64,000 nt of DNA, taken from positions 4,113,449 to 4,177,448 of the forward strand of contig BFEA01000033.1 in the NCBI GenBank assembly GCA_003427395.1, read 5' to 3'. Under the pieces are notes generated by a model. That model ran no database searches and was not told the DNA's origin. It worked only from the letters and a program-made list of their open reading frames with translations. The translations under genes and the position numbers were made by a program. Below, piece by piece: positions 13,340 to 25,939 of this stretch. Position 1 is the stretch's first letter. Every line of letters starts with the position of its first letter. The stretch comes from Chara braunii (Eukaryota; Plantae; Charophyceae).

Positions 13340-16300
13340 GTGTCAAGTTTTCTTAAAGGATTTCCTTCTCATTCGCACTTTTTGAACATTTGGCGGAAGC
13401 ACTGCCCAAAGGTTGTCATTCCCACGTCGAAGAGATTCTCAGTTTTTGCACAATTTCTAAGATTCAATATTCGACGCTCGCAGGCAACAAATCGCGTAGA
13501 ACGAGGTGAACAACTTTCTTTCATGCTCCGTCTTCTCTACACTACATTTAGAGACATTAAATAGACTTATTTTGCAAAATTGGTGTCACCCATGTAAAAG
13601 AGGATTGATTAAATTGTAAAATTGCAATGCATCTTCTTTAACAGCGAGGTCAATATAGTCCTATAATGCAAAATTGCAGGGACAGATTAGCCAAAGAGTT
13701 CTATCAAGTACTAATGACAGTGAAATCAACATAGTCTTATAATGCAAAATTGCAGGGACAGTGAGGTCAATATAATCTTGTAATGCAAAATTGCAAAATT
13801 GCAAAATTGCAATGCGTCTTCTTTAACAGTGAGGTCAATTTAGTCCTTTAATGCAAAATTGCAGGGACAGATTAGCCAAAGAGATGTGTCAAGTACTAAT
13901 GATAGTGAAGTCATAAGATAAGAATTTAAGTCATACGACTTTAAAGCTAGGTTACCAGTTGTCCGATGGCTGGACGTCTCGGTCGGACAACTCCCCCAAC
14001 CGTCCGGTAGGGGGGTTGTCCGGGATCCCGGACAACCACTTTTTGGCATTAAAAAAAAAATAAAAAAAAAAATGACAGTGTTGCGCATGCCATAGAGACC
14101 CCCCATAAAAAAATTCAGAGTTTTCTGAGCATTTGGTGATAGGGTGCTATTTGGGGTGGGAGGGGGGGTACGAGGGGTTTTGCTGGGGATAGGAGGGGTA
14201 TAGGTGGGGATTAGAAACTTTGAAGATTTTTATATTTTTTTCTACTTGCCCAAATGAACCAAAATTTTGGTGGCATACACCTTATGCAATGTAGAAGCCA
14301 CATGATTTTTTTCATTTTTTTTTTTATTTTATTTTTTTTATTATTTTTCGCTAGGTCGGACAACCCAGGGATCCCGGACGTCCGGTAAAACAACGTTGTT
14401 TTAAAGTCAAATAATGAGTTTTTATGAGTCGTACAATTTGTGTTGAGGCTAGCTAGTCCTGAGATGAATCATAATCTACGTCTTAATGAGGTCAATGTCA
14501 TCTTAAAATTCATCCTTGTTGAGACAATTTAGTCAAATAGGTCTGTCATACACTTTTAAAAGAAGTCATAAAATAAGAATCTTATTCTTAGGACTTATAG
14601 TCTTATAATGAGTCCTTATTAGTCGTCCAGTGTGTGTTGAGAATAGTTAGTCATGAAATGAATTATGATCTTCGTCTTCATGAGGTCAGTGTAGTCCTAA
14701 AATGCATCCTTGCTGGGACATTTAAGTCAAAGAGGTGTGTCATGTACTGAAAATAGTGAAGTCGTCAAATAAGAATCTTTGTCATATGACTTTATAGTCC
14801 TATAATGAGTATTTATTAGTCGTACAGTATATGCAGAGGCTAGTTAATCCTTAAATGAATCATGATCTTCGTTTTTTTGGCATGTCGCACTAACATTTAA
14901 AGAGCATTGGGAAAAACATCGCTTGGGTGTAATGTGAAAGAAAATTAATTAACGAGGGGATTCAGGGTCGTGCAATCCTCTAATGTGCATCTTCCTTAAA
15001 TTAATTTGTGTCCTCCTTTACCGTCGAGGGGTTCGAAGATCATTTTCCGGAAGGACAACCAAAGTCTGACCTCTTTGTCCATGTAATCCTAAAATGCATA
15101 CTTGCTGGGACAACTTAGTATCAGAGTTGTATCATATGCTAACGACAGTGAAGTCTTAGAATAAGAATCATTGTCATTTGACATTTTAGTACTATAATGA
15201 GTCTTTAGCAGTCGGACAGTATGTGTTAAGGAGAATGAATCATGATCATCGTTTTTTTTAATATCGCAGAAACATTTGAAATGACGTTAGAAAAGCATCG
15301 CCTGATGCAAGGAGAGGAAAGACAAAAGTTCAACAAGCATCGCCACAAAGCTTCGAACAGACCTTCAAAATATGTCACAATTATTATCGATGGAATGGAT
15401 CAAAGCAAAATAATATTGCCTCACTTTAAAAGATGTCTGAAAGACTCAAAACTCAAGGAAGAAAACTTCATAAAGATTCATGTGGTTGAGGCGACGATCG
15501 TAGGTCTCAGTCCAAGTGCTCTTGCAACTTTATTTTTGGATAACTTCAAGTCTGACTTCAATTGTATGTTGACCATCCTTCACCGTCGAATTTGTCAGCT
15601 TCCAATACCACTTCCAAGACTTCTTTATTTGACATTAGACAACACGACAAAGGAGAACAAAAATAAGTACGTCTTAGCGTATCTCGTCTTTTTTGTGAAG
15701 ATTAACGTTTTCAGTAAGGTCATGTTAAATTTTATTCTCATATGTCACAAATCACGAGGATATAGACCAGATGTTCAGTTGTTTCTCTAGAAAATTAGCG
15801 ATGTAGAATGCGTTCGACCTTCCCGAGCTAGAACATATCATCAAAGAGTCATACAGGACTGAACAAGAGCACAATGTCGTTCTCGAAGAAATGACAGAGA
15901 CGATAAATTCGAAGTTTTATGTAAAGGAGCATTTGCGAAATGTGAACGATCTTACTTTCAATCAACACTTTCGCAAACATAATAACGCAGGAGAAGTCAT
16001 AATTTGGAGCAAGCAATATCACAGCTCGTCTTGGCAACCCAATAACAGAGAAGGTCTTTATATTTTCAAGTTTGAGCCAAGAGGAGAAGTTTGATCCTCA
16101 CCGAAACATACAAATTCAATCCTTTGAAGTTAGGTTCAGGTTGAACTATGTTGGCGACGATAAAAGTGGTGACAATGATGCACACGCTGGTAATAATGAT
16201 GTGCGCGACAAAGATACTTTGCCTCGTCGTGCGTCAGTCGACTCTCAGGAGGAAAAGAAAAAAGACTGCGCTGTTTCAATTGTTGCTCTGAAGGCAAACA

Positions 16301-16875
16301 TCGATGTTTTGGAGAATTATATTCAACCACACAATGTTCTGTTGTGGAGACAGTTCACGCAGTCGCAGAAATTGCTCGACCTGGAGGACACAAACCTCAA
16401 AGTGCCTTTTGAATAGCCAGTAACGGCAACCAAGAAGACAGAGGCAGAGGATACTACCATACCAGTTGCCGATGAGGTTGGTCTTCGCCTAAATAACCTA
16501 TTCCCGCCTGAAAGACCATTCTACATAGGCGAGCGAAAGAGCAGGCAATACAGAGAAGAAAGAGATGAGAAATATGAATACCTTGTGATTGACAAATTTA
16601 TCGCACTACGAGCAGCACCTGGGCAGGAAGCGAGAGGTAAACCCTACCACCTCGGTAAGGTTATCGAGTTACTGCCACGAAGATGCTTCAAGGTGGTCTG
16701 GTTTGTTCAACGTGAGAAAAGAGAAGGGTATTACCCTTATTATAAAAAGAAGTCCACCAAGGAACATTTGATGACATCTTTGATTGGAGTTGCGGTCTTA
16801 TTTGTTACAACTTTGAGTTCAAGACAGACAAGACCCTCTTTTCTTCGACTAGAAAGAAAATTTATGAAATGTTAG
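13340..16875 (+). pseudogene. Degenerate DDE transposase (Sola1-like) with frameshifts and a repeat-filled intron
   Basis: 15242-15790 encodes IIIDGMDQSK..LPHF and LYLTLDNTTKENKNKYVLAYL, followed after a frameshift by HEDIDQMFS. An upstream piece at 13340-13560 (FLNIWRKHCPKVVIPTSKRFS) resembles the region before the CxxC motif. The superfamily call comes from recalled motifs plus the 4-bp TSD of the related MITE. Confidence 0.75.
13947..14398. mobile_element. hAT-like MITE
   Basis: 8-bp flanking duplication CTTTAAAG/TTTTAAAG that interrupts a host repeat unit. Imperfect termini (CTAGGTT / AACGTTG) and clustered GTCCG/CGGAC subterminal motifs. Confidence 0.65.
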
Positions 16876-18736
16876 AATCAACAAATGTCGAAGAAGATGA
16901 AGACGATAATATGGTGAGATCTCCGTCAAATGACTATTAGACTTTTATCGAGCACCAGATCGAAGTCGAGTTTGTGGTAGGTGAGAATAACATTTCCGTC
17001 GAACATCAGTTGACTCTGCCCTGAAGATCTACTTATGCTAGCCTCAGTTTCCGGGCTGAAATATGAGACTTATTCTTGAGAAGAATTGTGACCTCTGTTG
17101 AGGTTATCAAATTCTAACAGTCCGGATCATGTAGACGTAGCTGTTTAGTATTCTAATTGATAAGACTATAATTCCTTTGTTTCATTTCCTGTTTTCGTAA
17201 TATATTGTCTTAAGACTAAATGTTTGTCGCTCACATTTTTGTTTTACTTGGGAAATCCTCAAAATCTTATATAAGACTATAAGGGCTTCGTTACATTTCA
17301 TGTTTACCACAACACTTTTGTGCAAGAGAAGTCGATCCACCTCATTTATTCGGTTTTGGGGAACCATTATTATAATCTAATTGTGATGCGTTATAAAACT
17401 ATAAATTATTTGCTACATTTTTGTTTTCGTAGTATTTTGTCATAGGACTAAATATTTATCGCTCACATTTTTATTTTATTTATGAAATCCTCAAAGTGAA
17501 AGTAACCGGATCATGTTATTTCACAATGTTTACAGTGTCTCATATAAGACTATAAGTTTTTCGCTATAGTTCATATTTACTAGAGCACTCCTGTGCAGAA
17601 GAAGTCGATCCACCATATTTCTTTGGTTTTTGGGGTGTCATCTCAATGTCATGCGTTATAGGACTACTATATATTCGTTTGTCGCATTTTTGTGTTAGGT
17701 GAAAAATCTTCTAAGATAACTCATTCTGCTTTTCAAATCAATAGGGTCCTGTTATTATCAAAATGTCAGTAGTTCGTCATATAGGACTATAAATTCTTTG
17801 TGACATTTTCGGTTAATATAGAGTTGTCGCGCATGAAAAATCGATCCGCCTTATTTCTACCGTTTCTACTGCTTTTCTCTTCTTTTTTTTTCATGCCTAC
17901 ATGCTTTTCGCTTTTCCTTTTCGAATTTTTGCTTATTCGGGTTATTTTTGGATAACCTTATCTAACTGGAATCGATTCTTTCCAAAATGTTGTGAAATTG
18001 TGATTTTGTTTTTATCAACTCACCAGGTTAACCACTTTTAAAAAATATATATTTTTCTCGTCTATTTAGGGACAACTATGATGTGTTTTCGCATTGATTC
18101 CGAACAATTTGACTAAAGGAATTGCATTTTTTTAAGTCGGAAACGTTCTTTCGATTTTTGTTCTCTTTGTCTATACGTTTTGCTAGGTTTTCATCATTTG
18201 TTGGATTTTCACGAATCCGGTGTTACATATACATGATTGCGGCTGGTTGGAGCTTTCGAGGTTTTGCACTTGACCTTGTCCCGCCGGGTATCTGACATTT
18301 GTAGAAAGGAAGGAAATGACAGAGTAAGGATACATAAATAACATACAGATAACGAAAAATAACATACAAGAATAGGGATTGGTAGGTGAAATAGACGTAA
18401 TGCTTGAGCCTAGTGCTCGATGTACCCAAGTAACGTGGCTTGCTTGATTGTGCCTCAACTGGGGCTGGGTGAGCCTTTCAAGGCTTCTCACTTGGCCCTG
18501 CCTAGCCCCAGTGCCTAGAACTATTGCCTGGTTCAAGTCGTCCTCTGTAATAGCATGGTGATAGTCCTGAGTACTCAATACTGAGGTAGGATAGTAGGAT
18601 AGGGGTGCGCTGGGAGAATTGCCGAGAGGATGGGTAAGGAAAATGGTCTTACGGAGCATAAGGGAGTGTCTGGACTGCCAATAGTTGTGTGAGTAACCCC
18701 ATGTGTCTGGAGTCCGGTTTCTACAAAAACCTTGGG

Positions 18737-18784
<48 letters not shown>

Positions 18785-19261
18785 GTCCGCCATCAGAGGG
18801 GCATGCTGCAAATAAATCAAACTTTTAGGGGAATATTGAAAACTTTTCCACCTTTCTTTCGCTTTCGTTGTGATTTTAGAGAGGGTAGGTCAGAACCTTA
18901 TTGTAGCCATCTGAGGGCGAACTCACACTAGGACTTCTACTACTTGACTTGATATGATTGATTTAACTTGTACTTGATTTGATTTGATTGATTTGATTGA
19001 TTTGATTGATTTGATTTGCTTGAACTGGATTGGATTTGATTCCTTTTCAATTTCTCTGACAGGAGTTATTTGATTTGACCGACTCTTATCTGATTTGACG
19101 ACTCGAGCTCGGATTAGATACGAATCGGTGAGATTTGACTTTAGGGGTATTTTGGATTGCACAATGACTTTTCCCTTCCCGCTAAGGAGCATGGTTTTCC
19201 GCGACGTGGCGGAGCGGGGAACACCTTAATCGCAGGGGATTAGGGGCAGTGGCTTGGTAGG

Positions 19262-19652
19262 GCACCCATCTTTGGGTCTTGATGAGCAGTTGATCCCCTC
19301 GCACGAGGGCAATCAATGTTGCTCATCATTAACGATTGTTCATACAATGTACAGGGATGTTGGATCCACTTTTCACCAGGTGTTGCTCCCCACAAATAGA
19401 TGGACCCTCCCCGGGTGTGATAGTGGTGCCTGCTGGATGACCCATAATTTATTGATTCACCCATCCTTGGGTTTTGATGAGCAGTTGATCCCCTCGCACG
19501 AGGGCAATCAATGTTGCTCATCATTAACGATTGTTCATACAATGTACAGGGATGTTGGACCCGCTTTTCAGCAGGTGTTGCTCCCCACAAATAGATGGAG
19601 CCTCCCCGGGTGTGATAGTGGTGCCTGCTGGATTGCCCAAAATTTATTGATT
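19262..19652 (+). repeat. ~196-bp tandem duplication with a strong hairpin
   Basis: Two near-identical units. A partial third copy lies at ~20255-20312. Confidence 0.9.
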
Positions 19653-21949
19653 CTATTAAACAGCAGATACAAACAACAATTACTTCTAATTGGGATTAAG
19701 TCACAAACAAAATATTACACCTTTCAACCAAAAAATAAATCTTACAGCACATTCAACAATTCAATCAAAGTTGGCTTGGGGGGATCCAAGAAGGAAGAAT
19801 GGGGGAGGTAGAATGGGAGGGAGGACAAACAGCTGATAGCAACGACCAAGATGACCAAGACATTCGAGATAAGCTGCAAAGGAATTATCGATTGGTTTTT
19901 AAAGATTAGACTTTTGTTGATCCTTTAATCCCCTTTAGACCTTTGACATACTTCCTAGATCTCTTTGCTTCAAACCATCCTTGTTTAGTCTCCAGGTCTT
20001 GGTATGGTTATGATTGAATAAGGGGAGGAATGTTAGATATTAACCTGACCAACCTAAATGGAAGAGGAGGGACTAGTGCTAGTGCTAGGGTGTCACACCT
20101 TCTGGCGCCTACACAAGGTGAAGAGGCACACGCAGCCCCCTTACCCAAATTGTCTCCTAGGAATTGACTGGATCAACGAATCAGAAGGCTTCAAAAGAAA
20201 TACTGAACTCGGTTCTCAGCATGTGTTGTTGTATCATCTTATAATTGTATCTCAAGGGACGTTGGACCCGCTTTCCAGCAGGTGATGCTTCCCACCAATA
20301 GACTGGAGCCCCCAGCAAGATAGATAGGAGTGCATGCTTTTATCATCATTTCTATTTGTTGTTGCAAGGGATTTAAAAAAAAAAAAAAAAATCCCCACCA
20401 TCCACTTGCGTTGTTCTCTTGAAAAAAAAAAAAAAAAAAAAAAAAAAAAGACTTCCGCTACTTGATTGTGGAAGTGATTGTAGTCAGATTCATCTAGTTC
20501 TGGTTGTAATTGCAGCTAGATACATTTAGAAAAGTCCTCGTGATGGCCTCTGCTATTTGGTTGTGGAAGTGATTGCAGTCATATTCATCCTGTTCTGGCC
20601 GTAATTGCAGTTAGATACATTTATAAAAGTCCTTGTGTGAGTATGGCCTCATTCAAGCAGAGAGTCAAACTTCATGCATCTTATGTTTTTTTGTTTATTT
20701 TTCTGTTTGGGTTAAGAAGATAAAGAGAGGGTAATTTCGTTTTTTTCTCTGTTATGATCCTGGCCAATTTCAAAGTACACATTCATCGTGAAGTACAATT
20801 CCGTCCATTTGCAAAAAAAAAGGAATGAACTTGAGAGGAGAGAGAGGGTAAGAAGAAAAAGATGATGTACACCAGCATAAACAGCAATAATGCTTTCTTC
20901 TTCGCCAACCACTCTCCTCTTCCTTATCTCCTCCTCTCTTATTCACACAAGAATAATAATGAATGGTTGAACCAGAATCAATGTATGAATCCCTCTTGTA
21001 CTGCAGGTATCACATGAGGTCCACCATAGCCATGGTCACCCTTCTTCCTCCTTCGTCCAAGGCCAAGGCTATGGCGAACTACTAGGGCATCGCCCGGATG
21101 TCCAAAGGACAACACAAAGCAACTATGGCTGCTTTAGCTCAGGCCGCCATGTCCGACTCTGCCTCGAAGCTTCCTGGTGTAAACCTACCCCAACTGGGGC
21201 CTTGTTGTTGTGGCGTCCACCAAGGTAATGAAGATGGCAACCACCATAGCCAGATAAGTACCTCTAGCGCTCCTCCCTCTTAGTCCTGGTCTTCTTCCTC
21301 CTCCTATCCTTGCTCCTCCCCAGCTGTGTTGCTCCTTGCTAGCGCTGCTCTAGCCAGCGCTCCAACCAGTTTGTCGCCAAACTTGCACACCGAAAATGAG
21401 GAGGAGCGAGCAACAGACTCCTCCTTGAGATATAGTGGTCTGCTTGCCTCTTGGCGAGTGACTTCCCAGGCCACACGGCCTCCAAGCAATTTGTACCACC
21501 TCCCTTTCGGAGGGAAACATCATTGCAGATTTTGATATTGCCATACAGGCCCTAGACTCAGATTGGTTGTACTGGTACCCACCTAGACCTAGACTACAAC
21601 TACTGGGCCTATGAACGCACTACTTGAGTGTTTTCCGCTGCTTCAAGTGTCGTGGGCCTCTTTCCCCGCCACTTGAGTGTTTTCCCCCACTGTGATCCTC
21701 AATGTCACGACCACAGGTAAGTACGGGCCCTTCGGGCCCACCGAATGAACAAGTGCCCTTGTGGATCACACACACACTCAAGCCGACAAGCACTCAAACA
21801 AACATGCAGACCAGCAAGTGTGCACACACACAGACTTGGAGAACTCGGTAACAAGCGGGAAACTCAACAAGGCATTCAGGTCATGAGCAAATCTTAGAAA
21901 TCAGTTGTGTGTCTCAGTCCGTGCTTGGTGAGGTTATTACAGCTCGATA

Positions 21950-24900
21950 TTTTGAATTGTGGAAATTTTTGACTTGATGAGACTAACGCGTTTGCCAAAA
22001 GTTATTCATACATGACCTATGATTGAGAAGCTAAAACTCTTTTTAAACTTAAATTTGGATGTGTGCTGACGTTCAGGATAAACGGTGTGGGCGATTGTAT
22101 TCCGCTTTCAACAGGGTCGCAGAGGCTTGCAGACGTGGGAATGCTAAAGCTAGACCTATTTGCTTAAAATAGTGGCGGGCGACTGCTAAGCCGTGCGATT
22201 TAGAGCCTAAGCAGCTGACAAGGACCACCGTGCCTGGTTGTGTGGTCGTGATCGAGCAAGGAAAAGCCAACCCTATGGCAAAAAGGGGCGGTGGGGCCTG
22301 TCAAGCCACGAAAGGGCGGCCCTCTGAGACAAAAAGCTCTTCATAAAGAAGAGGAGGTAGCCCGGTCGGTCACGTGCTAACCTCATATACTGTGGGTTTG
22401 GGGATTGTGGCCATAGGCCCAGAACGTTGTTGGGTTCACTCCTTTGGTCGAGCAGTCACTAAGCCTGGGGCAGTTGGCGCGGCCCGTTTCGGTCGTGTGA
22501 TCACCACGACCGCGCGACCGAGATCCGTCGCGCGAACTGACATGACACCTCACAAGGAAGACTCGTTAATAAAAAAGTAAAACAATTATTGAATCCATAT
22601 GGGTTCGAACTTGGGTCTGTATTTCAGGAGTTCTTGGGTGGACCACGACTATGACATGACCGTTGGCATAAGTCAACGAGAAAAAATAAATAGAAAAATA
22701 TAAAGAAACGAAAGTGAGGCGACAAGTGGCCAGTCACGAACCTACCCACCACACAAAAGAGCAACAGGCGCCCGTTTTCACGGCAACCTCACAGTTTGCC
22801 TCCCGGTAAGTGGTTCATTTTTTATTTTATTTTTTTTCTCCTCTTATAGATTTGTTTTATATTTTCTAGTTTTTTGTTTTCTTCCTTTTCTTTAGAGACC
22901 TAGTGCTCCCGTTCGTTTGAAAACGGGCAGCAGCCGCCTCAAGTAAGTATTTTTTTCCTTTTTTGTTCTTCCTTAGTAGATGTTGGTTCTTCTTAGAGAC
23001 CCCCTTTCGTGCCCATTCGCTCAGAACAGGTTGTGAACGGGCGTCTGAATCTGGCGCCAGGTGCAGGCGTGCGGGGTAGGGGAAGAGAATAATATGTTGA
23101 GCTTGACTCTAATTCGGCGTTGTGAAATGACGAGGGGGCACGAGCTGATAGTTCATCTCAAATGACGAGTTGTCCCCTACAGGGAAAACAAGCGGGGTTG
23201 GGAAAAAAAAGGAAGGAAAAAAAAAAAAAAAAAAACACGACCAAGTATGTAGTCGTTGTTGTGATTAGGTGCATGTGTGTGTGTGCATATGGCTAAGGGA
23301 GTGACAACACCCCTTCAATTAGTGACAGGGTTGTGATTTAAAATTTTAAAAAAAAAGGAAAAGGTGCTCGAAGGGCTCGACTGTTCCTGGCCCCAGATTG
23401 AGATCAATGGCTCTGGATGAGTCCGAGTCTTGGAGCAAACCTTCGTCCACAGTATAAAGGCAACTCTTCCCCCAACTGCTTCATTCATTCGATTAGCCGG
23501 AGGAAGTGCTACATGGCGAAGCAGTACTGGTGGAGGTGCTGCTTGGTGGAGCGGTGTTGGAGGTTTGTTGGGTATCGGAGATGAATGAGCTGGCAGTCTG
23601 CAGGAAGATAGAGTGAGGGGCGAAGGCAGCCATAGCCAACGTTCAAGTTGGGATCACTCCGCCTTGGCATTAGGCTGGTGCGGCGCTAATAGGGCCTTTT
23701 TATGGGACCAAGGTTCTGCCCTAAGCTGGTTGCGGCGGTGGGGCAGGTTGACCATCCATTTCAGTGGGGTTGTGCTGCGGGAGTTCAACGACATCGACGA
23801 TGTTTTTTTTTTATGGGGAAATGTTGTCGGATTGTCAGCACGACAAACAGCAAGGACGCAATGCTGTGAGAGGAGATGTTGCCTGATTGCCAACACAGGA
23901 TCTGCGAGGATTTGAAGGAGGAGTTGTTGTCCGATCAGTGGCATAGCACGTCCGGTATATCAAATCACGGTAGGACCATGCTGTTGAAGTTTTTTGTGTA
24001 TTGGCGACAATATTTTGAGGGACCCTTCTTTGTTGAGTACGATCGGGTGGTGATGTTAAGTGACAGTGGTACTGGTTTTGACGGCGCAACGAGCGGTAGA
24101 CCCATATTTTTCTTTTTTTAGGTGTGCGGCGGTGTTGGAGTATTCTAGCATGATCCGGAGGTAGTAGGGGTGTTGGCGCCCGTTTTGAACCCAGTTCGGA
24201 GCGTCGGCTTTGCGAAAACAGTGCGGGATTATTTTTCTTATTTTGGTACAGTAGGTGTCATTCACATCTAAGACAAATAGAACGAATAGCACCTGCTCCA
24301 TTTTTTGCAGGCACCATGAGGTTATTTGGGACTATGCGGCACAACATTTAGACACGTGAAAGTACTTGGAGAGTGTGTGCATGGAGCAGAGTAGTCATTT
24401 GGGCTTGGGGCATATGCGGTTTTCCCCAGGGGCCACCTTTATTTTTTTTGCGGCGCACGTTGCCGGCAGTGTTGGTATCTAGGACCATCGGTGTTGAGGG
24501 CGGGCGTGTGGGATCACCTAGAATCATTTTGGGACTAGGCGGGACCAATTAAGGATCGTGACTTTAGGTCTGAGCCGCTTATATTTTGGGTTATCAGTAG
24601 CCACTTCGAAAAGGGTGATGTAGATCTCACCGAATGAATAATATTTGGATTGTCCTGATAATCTCACTATCATGCTTTGACACTGAGTGGTAATTGTACG
24701 TGGAAAACGTAAACTAAGCGCAAGTTGATTGAGGCAGGAAATATTCCACCGGGAAAGGTGGAAGTCTGCTACAAACAAAAAGTAGACGGAATGTTAGACG
24801 CTTGGGCATGCATTGGGCATTTGCGTTACCTGACATGAAAAGGATATCCTCTTTGCACGAGAAGATGTCATTTCTTCGAATTGTGCGGAGGCAGTACGAT

Positions 24901-25912
24901 CAAAATAGAGAGCAATAAGAGAAAGATGGAGTACACCTTTGAGTCATACATCATTGATGATTAGCCATCATACATCACACAATAACATTTTGGAGTTGCA
25001 CAAAGAGGAGTGTGACGACTATGCTGAGTTTCCTATGGAACCGTCAGGGGCACAACTCAGGGATCTAACATATAGGTTTTGTCTATATATTTCAATTAGT
25101 GTAACTGCAATAGACTCGAAGTCAACAGAACATGTCGATGGGCGTACTCATTCATTAAGTATGAGGCTGTCATTTTTTAAAATCATTTCGTCGATAAAGG
25201 GTCTTCGCCTTGAAAATGGCAATATATAAATCTTTTCAGTCACGTATACTGGGAAAAATAACTTTGGCAGATCATCTCATCAAGTCAAAAACCGATTAGG
25301 GTCGGCTTCCACGTCGGTTTGGCGTTCTTCTCGACGTGACCTGAATTGAACTTGTGTGATTAAGTAAAAGGTGTGTTGAATTTGTTTGTTTTATCTTTAG
25401 AGAGTTGTCAAGGAACTAGGATAATTTTGTGGTTTTCACGACTAGTTGAGGCCGACCTAGTCGATCGACGTTCGTTTCGTACCTAGGAGATCAGCGTCCT
25501 AGGGAACGGACGACGTTTGAGATCACTTGGTGTTTAACTAAGTGTACGTATACATCAGGAAACGAGCAAACACCCTCGGTTGACCTTTCTTTGCGACTAC
25601 ATCTAACATTTTTCGCATGCGGGTCAGTAGGTCAGTAGGGATACGCCCCTAAGGGTGGTGATAGCCCCTTAGGGATGGAAAGTTGTGCCCTGCGGAAACC
25701 TAGCTTGTCGTAGGGGACTGCGAGAAGTACGTTTGCCGCACCCGGTTAGAGGGGTGAAGGGACGACGCGACCACACCCGTCACTGCAATTTGCGGGGTTA
25801 TTTCTGGTTATCCCCAAGTTGTCTCTGGTTTCTGTTTTGTTAAACTTCTGCATCATATGGTGGAGAAGGTTCTCGCCTTTCGCGAGAAAAGTGGGAGCCA
25901 GTGCGCTCGGCA
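21950..25912 (+). mobile_element. Long LTR of the same Gypsy-type family (solo or 3' LTR, 5'-truncated)
   Basis: Colinear with 9940-12260 and 6150-6766. Degenerate U6 piece at ~22535-22572, TATAAA at 23453. Ends ...CTCGGCA with no PBS after it. Confidence 0.65.
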
Positions 25913-25939
25913 ATGGGTACCGTGAAAGAAACTCGTCAA

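Larger units (their letters stand above)
4605..13341 (+). mobile_element. Non-autonomous Gypsy-type LTR retrotransposon, copy 1 (both LTRs truncated)
   Basis: ~850-bp direct repeat at 4610-5461 / 12500-13341. The 5' LTR ends ...TTGACA at 6766 and is followed by a PBS. Decayed gag at 7052-7408, no pol. The 3' LTR start is inferred near 9864. Confidence 0.75.
2948..18224 (+). mobile_element. Large TIR DNA transposon (Sola1-like) with nested insertions
   Basis: Left end AACACAGGATTCGTGAAAA (2948) and right end TTTTCACGAATCCGGTGTT (18224) are inverted repeats. The 4-bp flanks are ACAA/ACAT. Subterminal repeats with AGACT(T)ATA occur at both ends and a transposase pseudogene lies inside. The host repeat appears to continue across both ends. 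Confidence 0.7.

Noticed and set aside
21703-21852. 150-bp TGTCAC...GTAACA solo LTR
   Set aside because: No target-site duplication and no second copy in the window.
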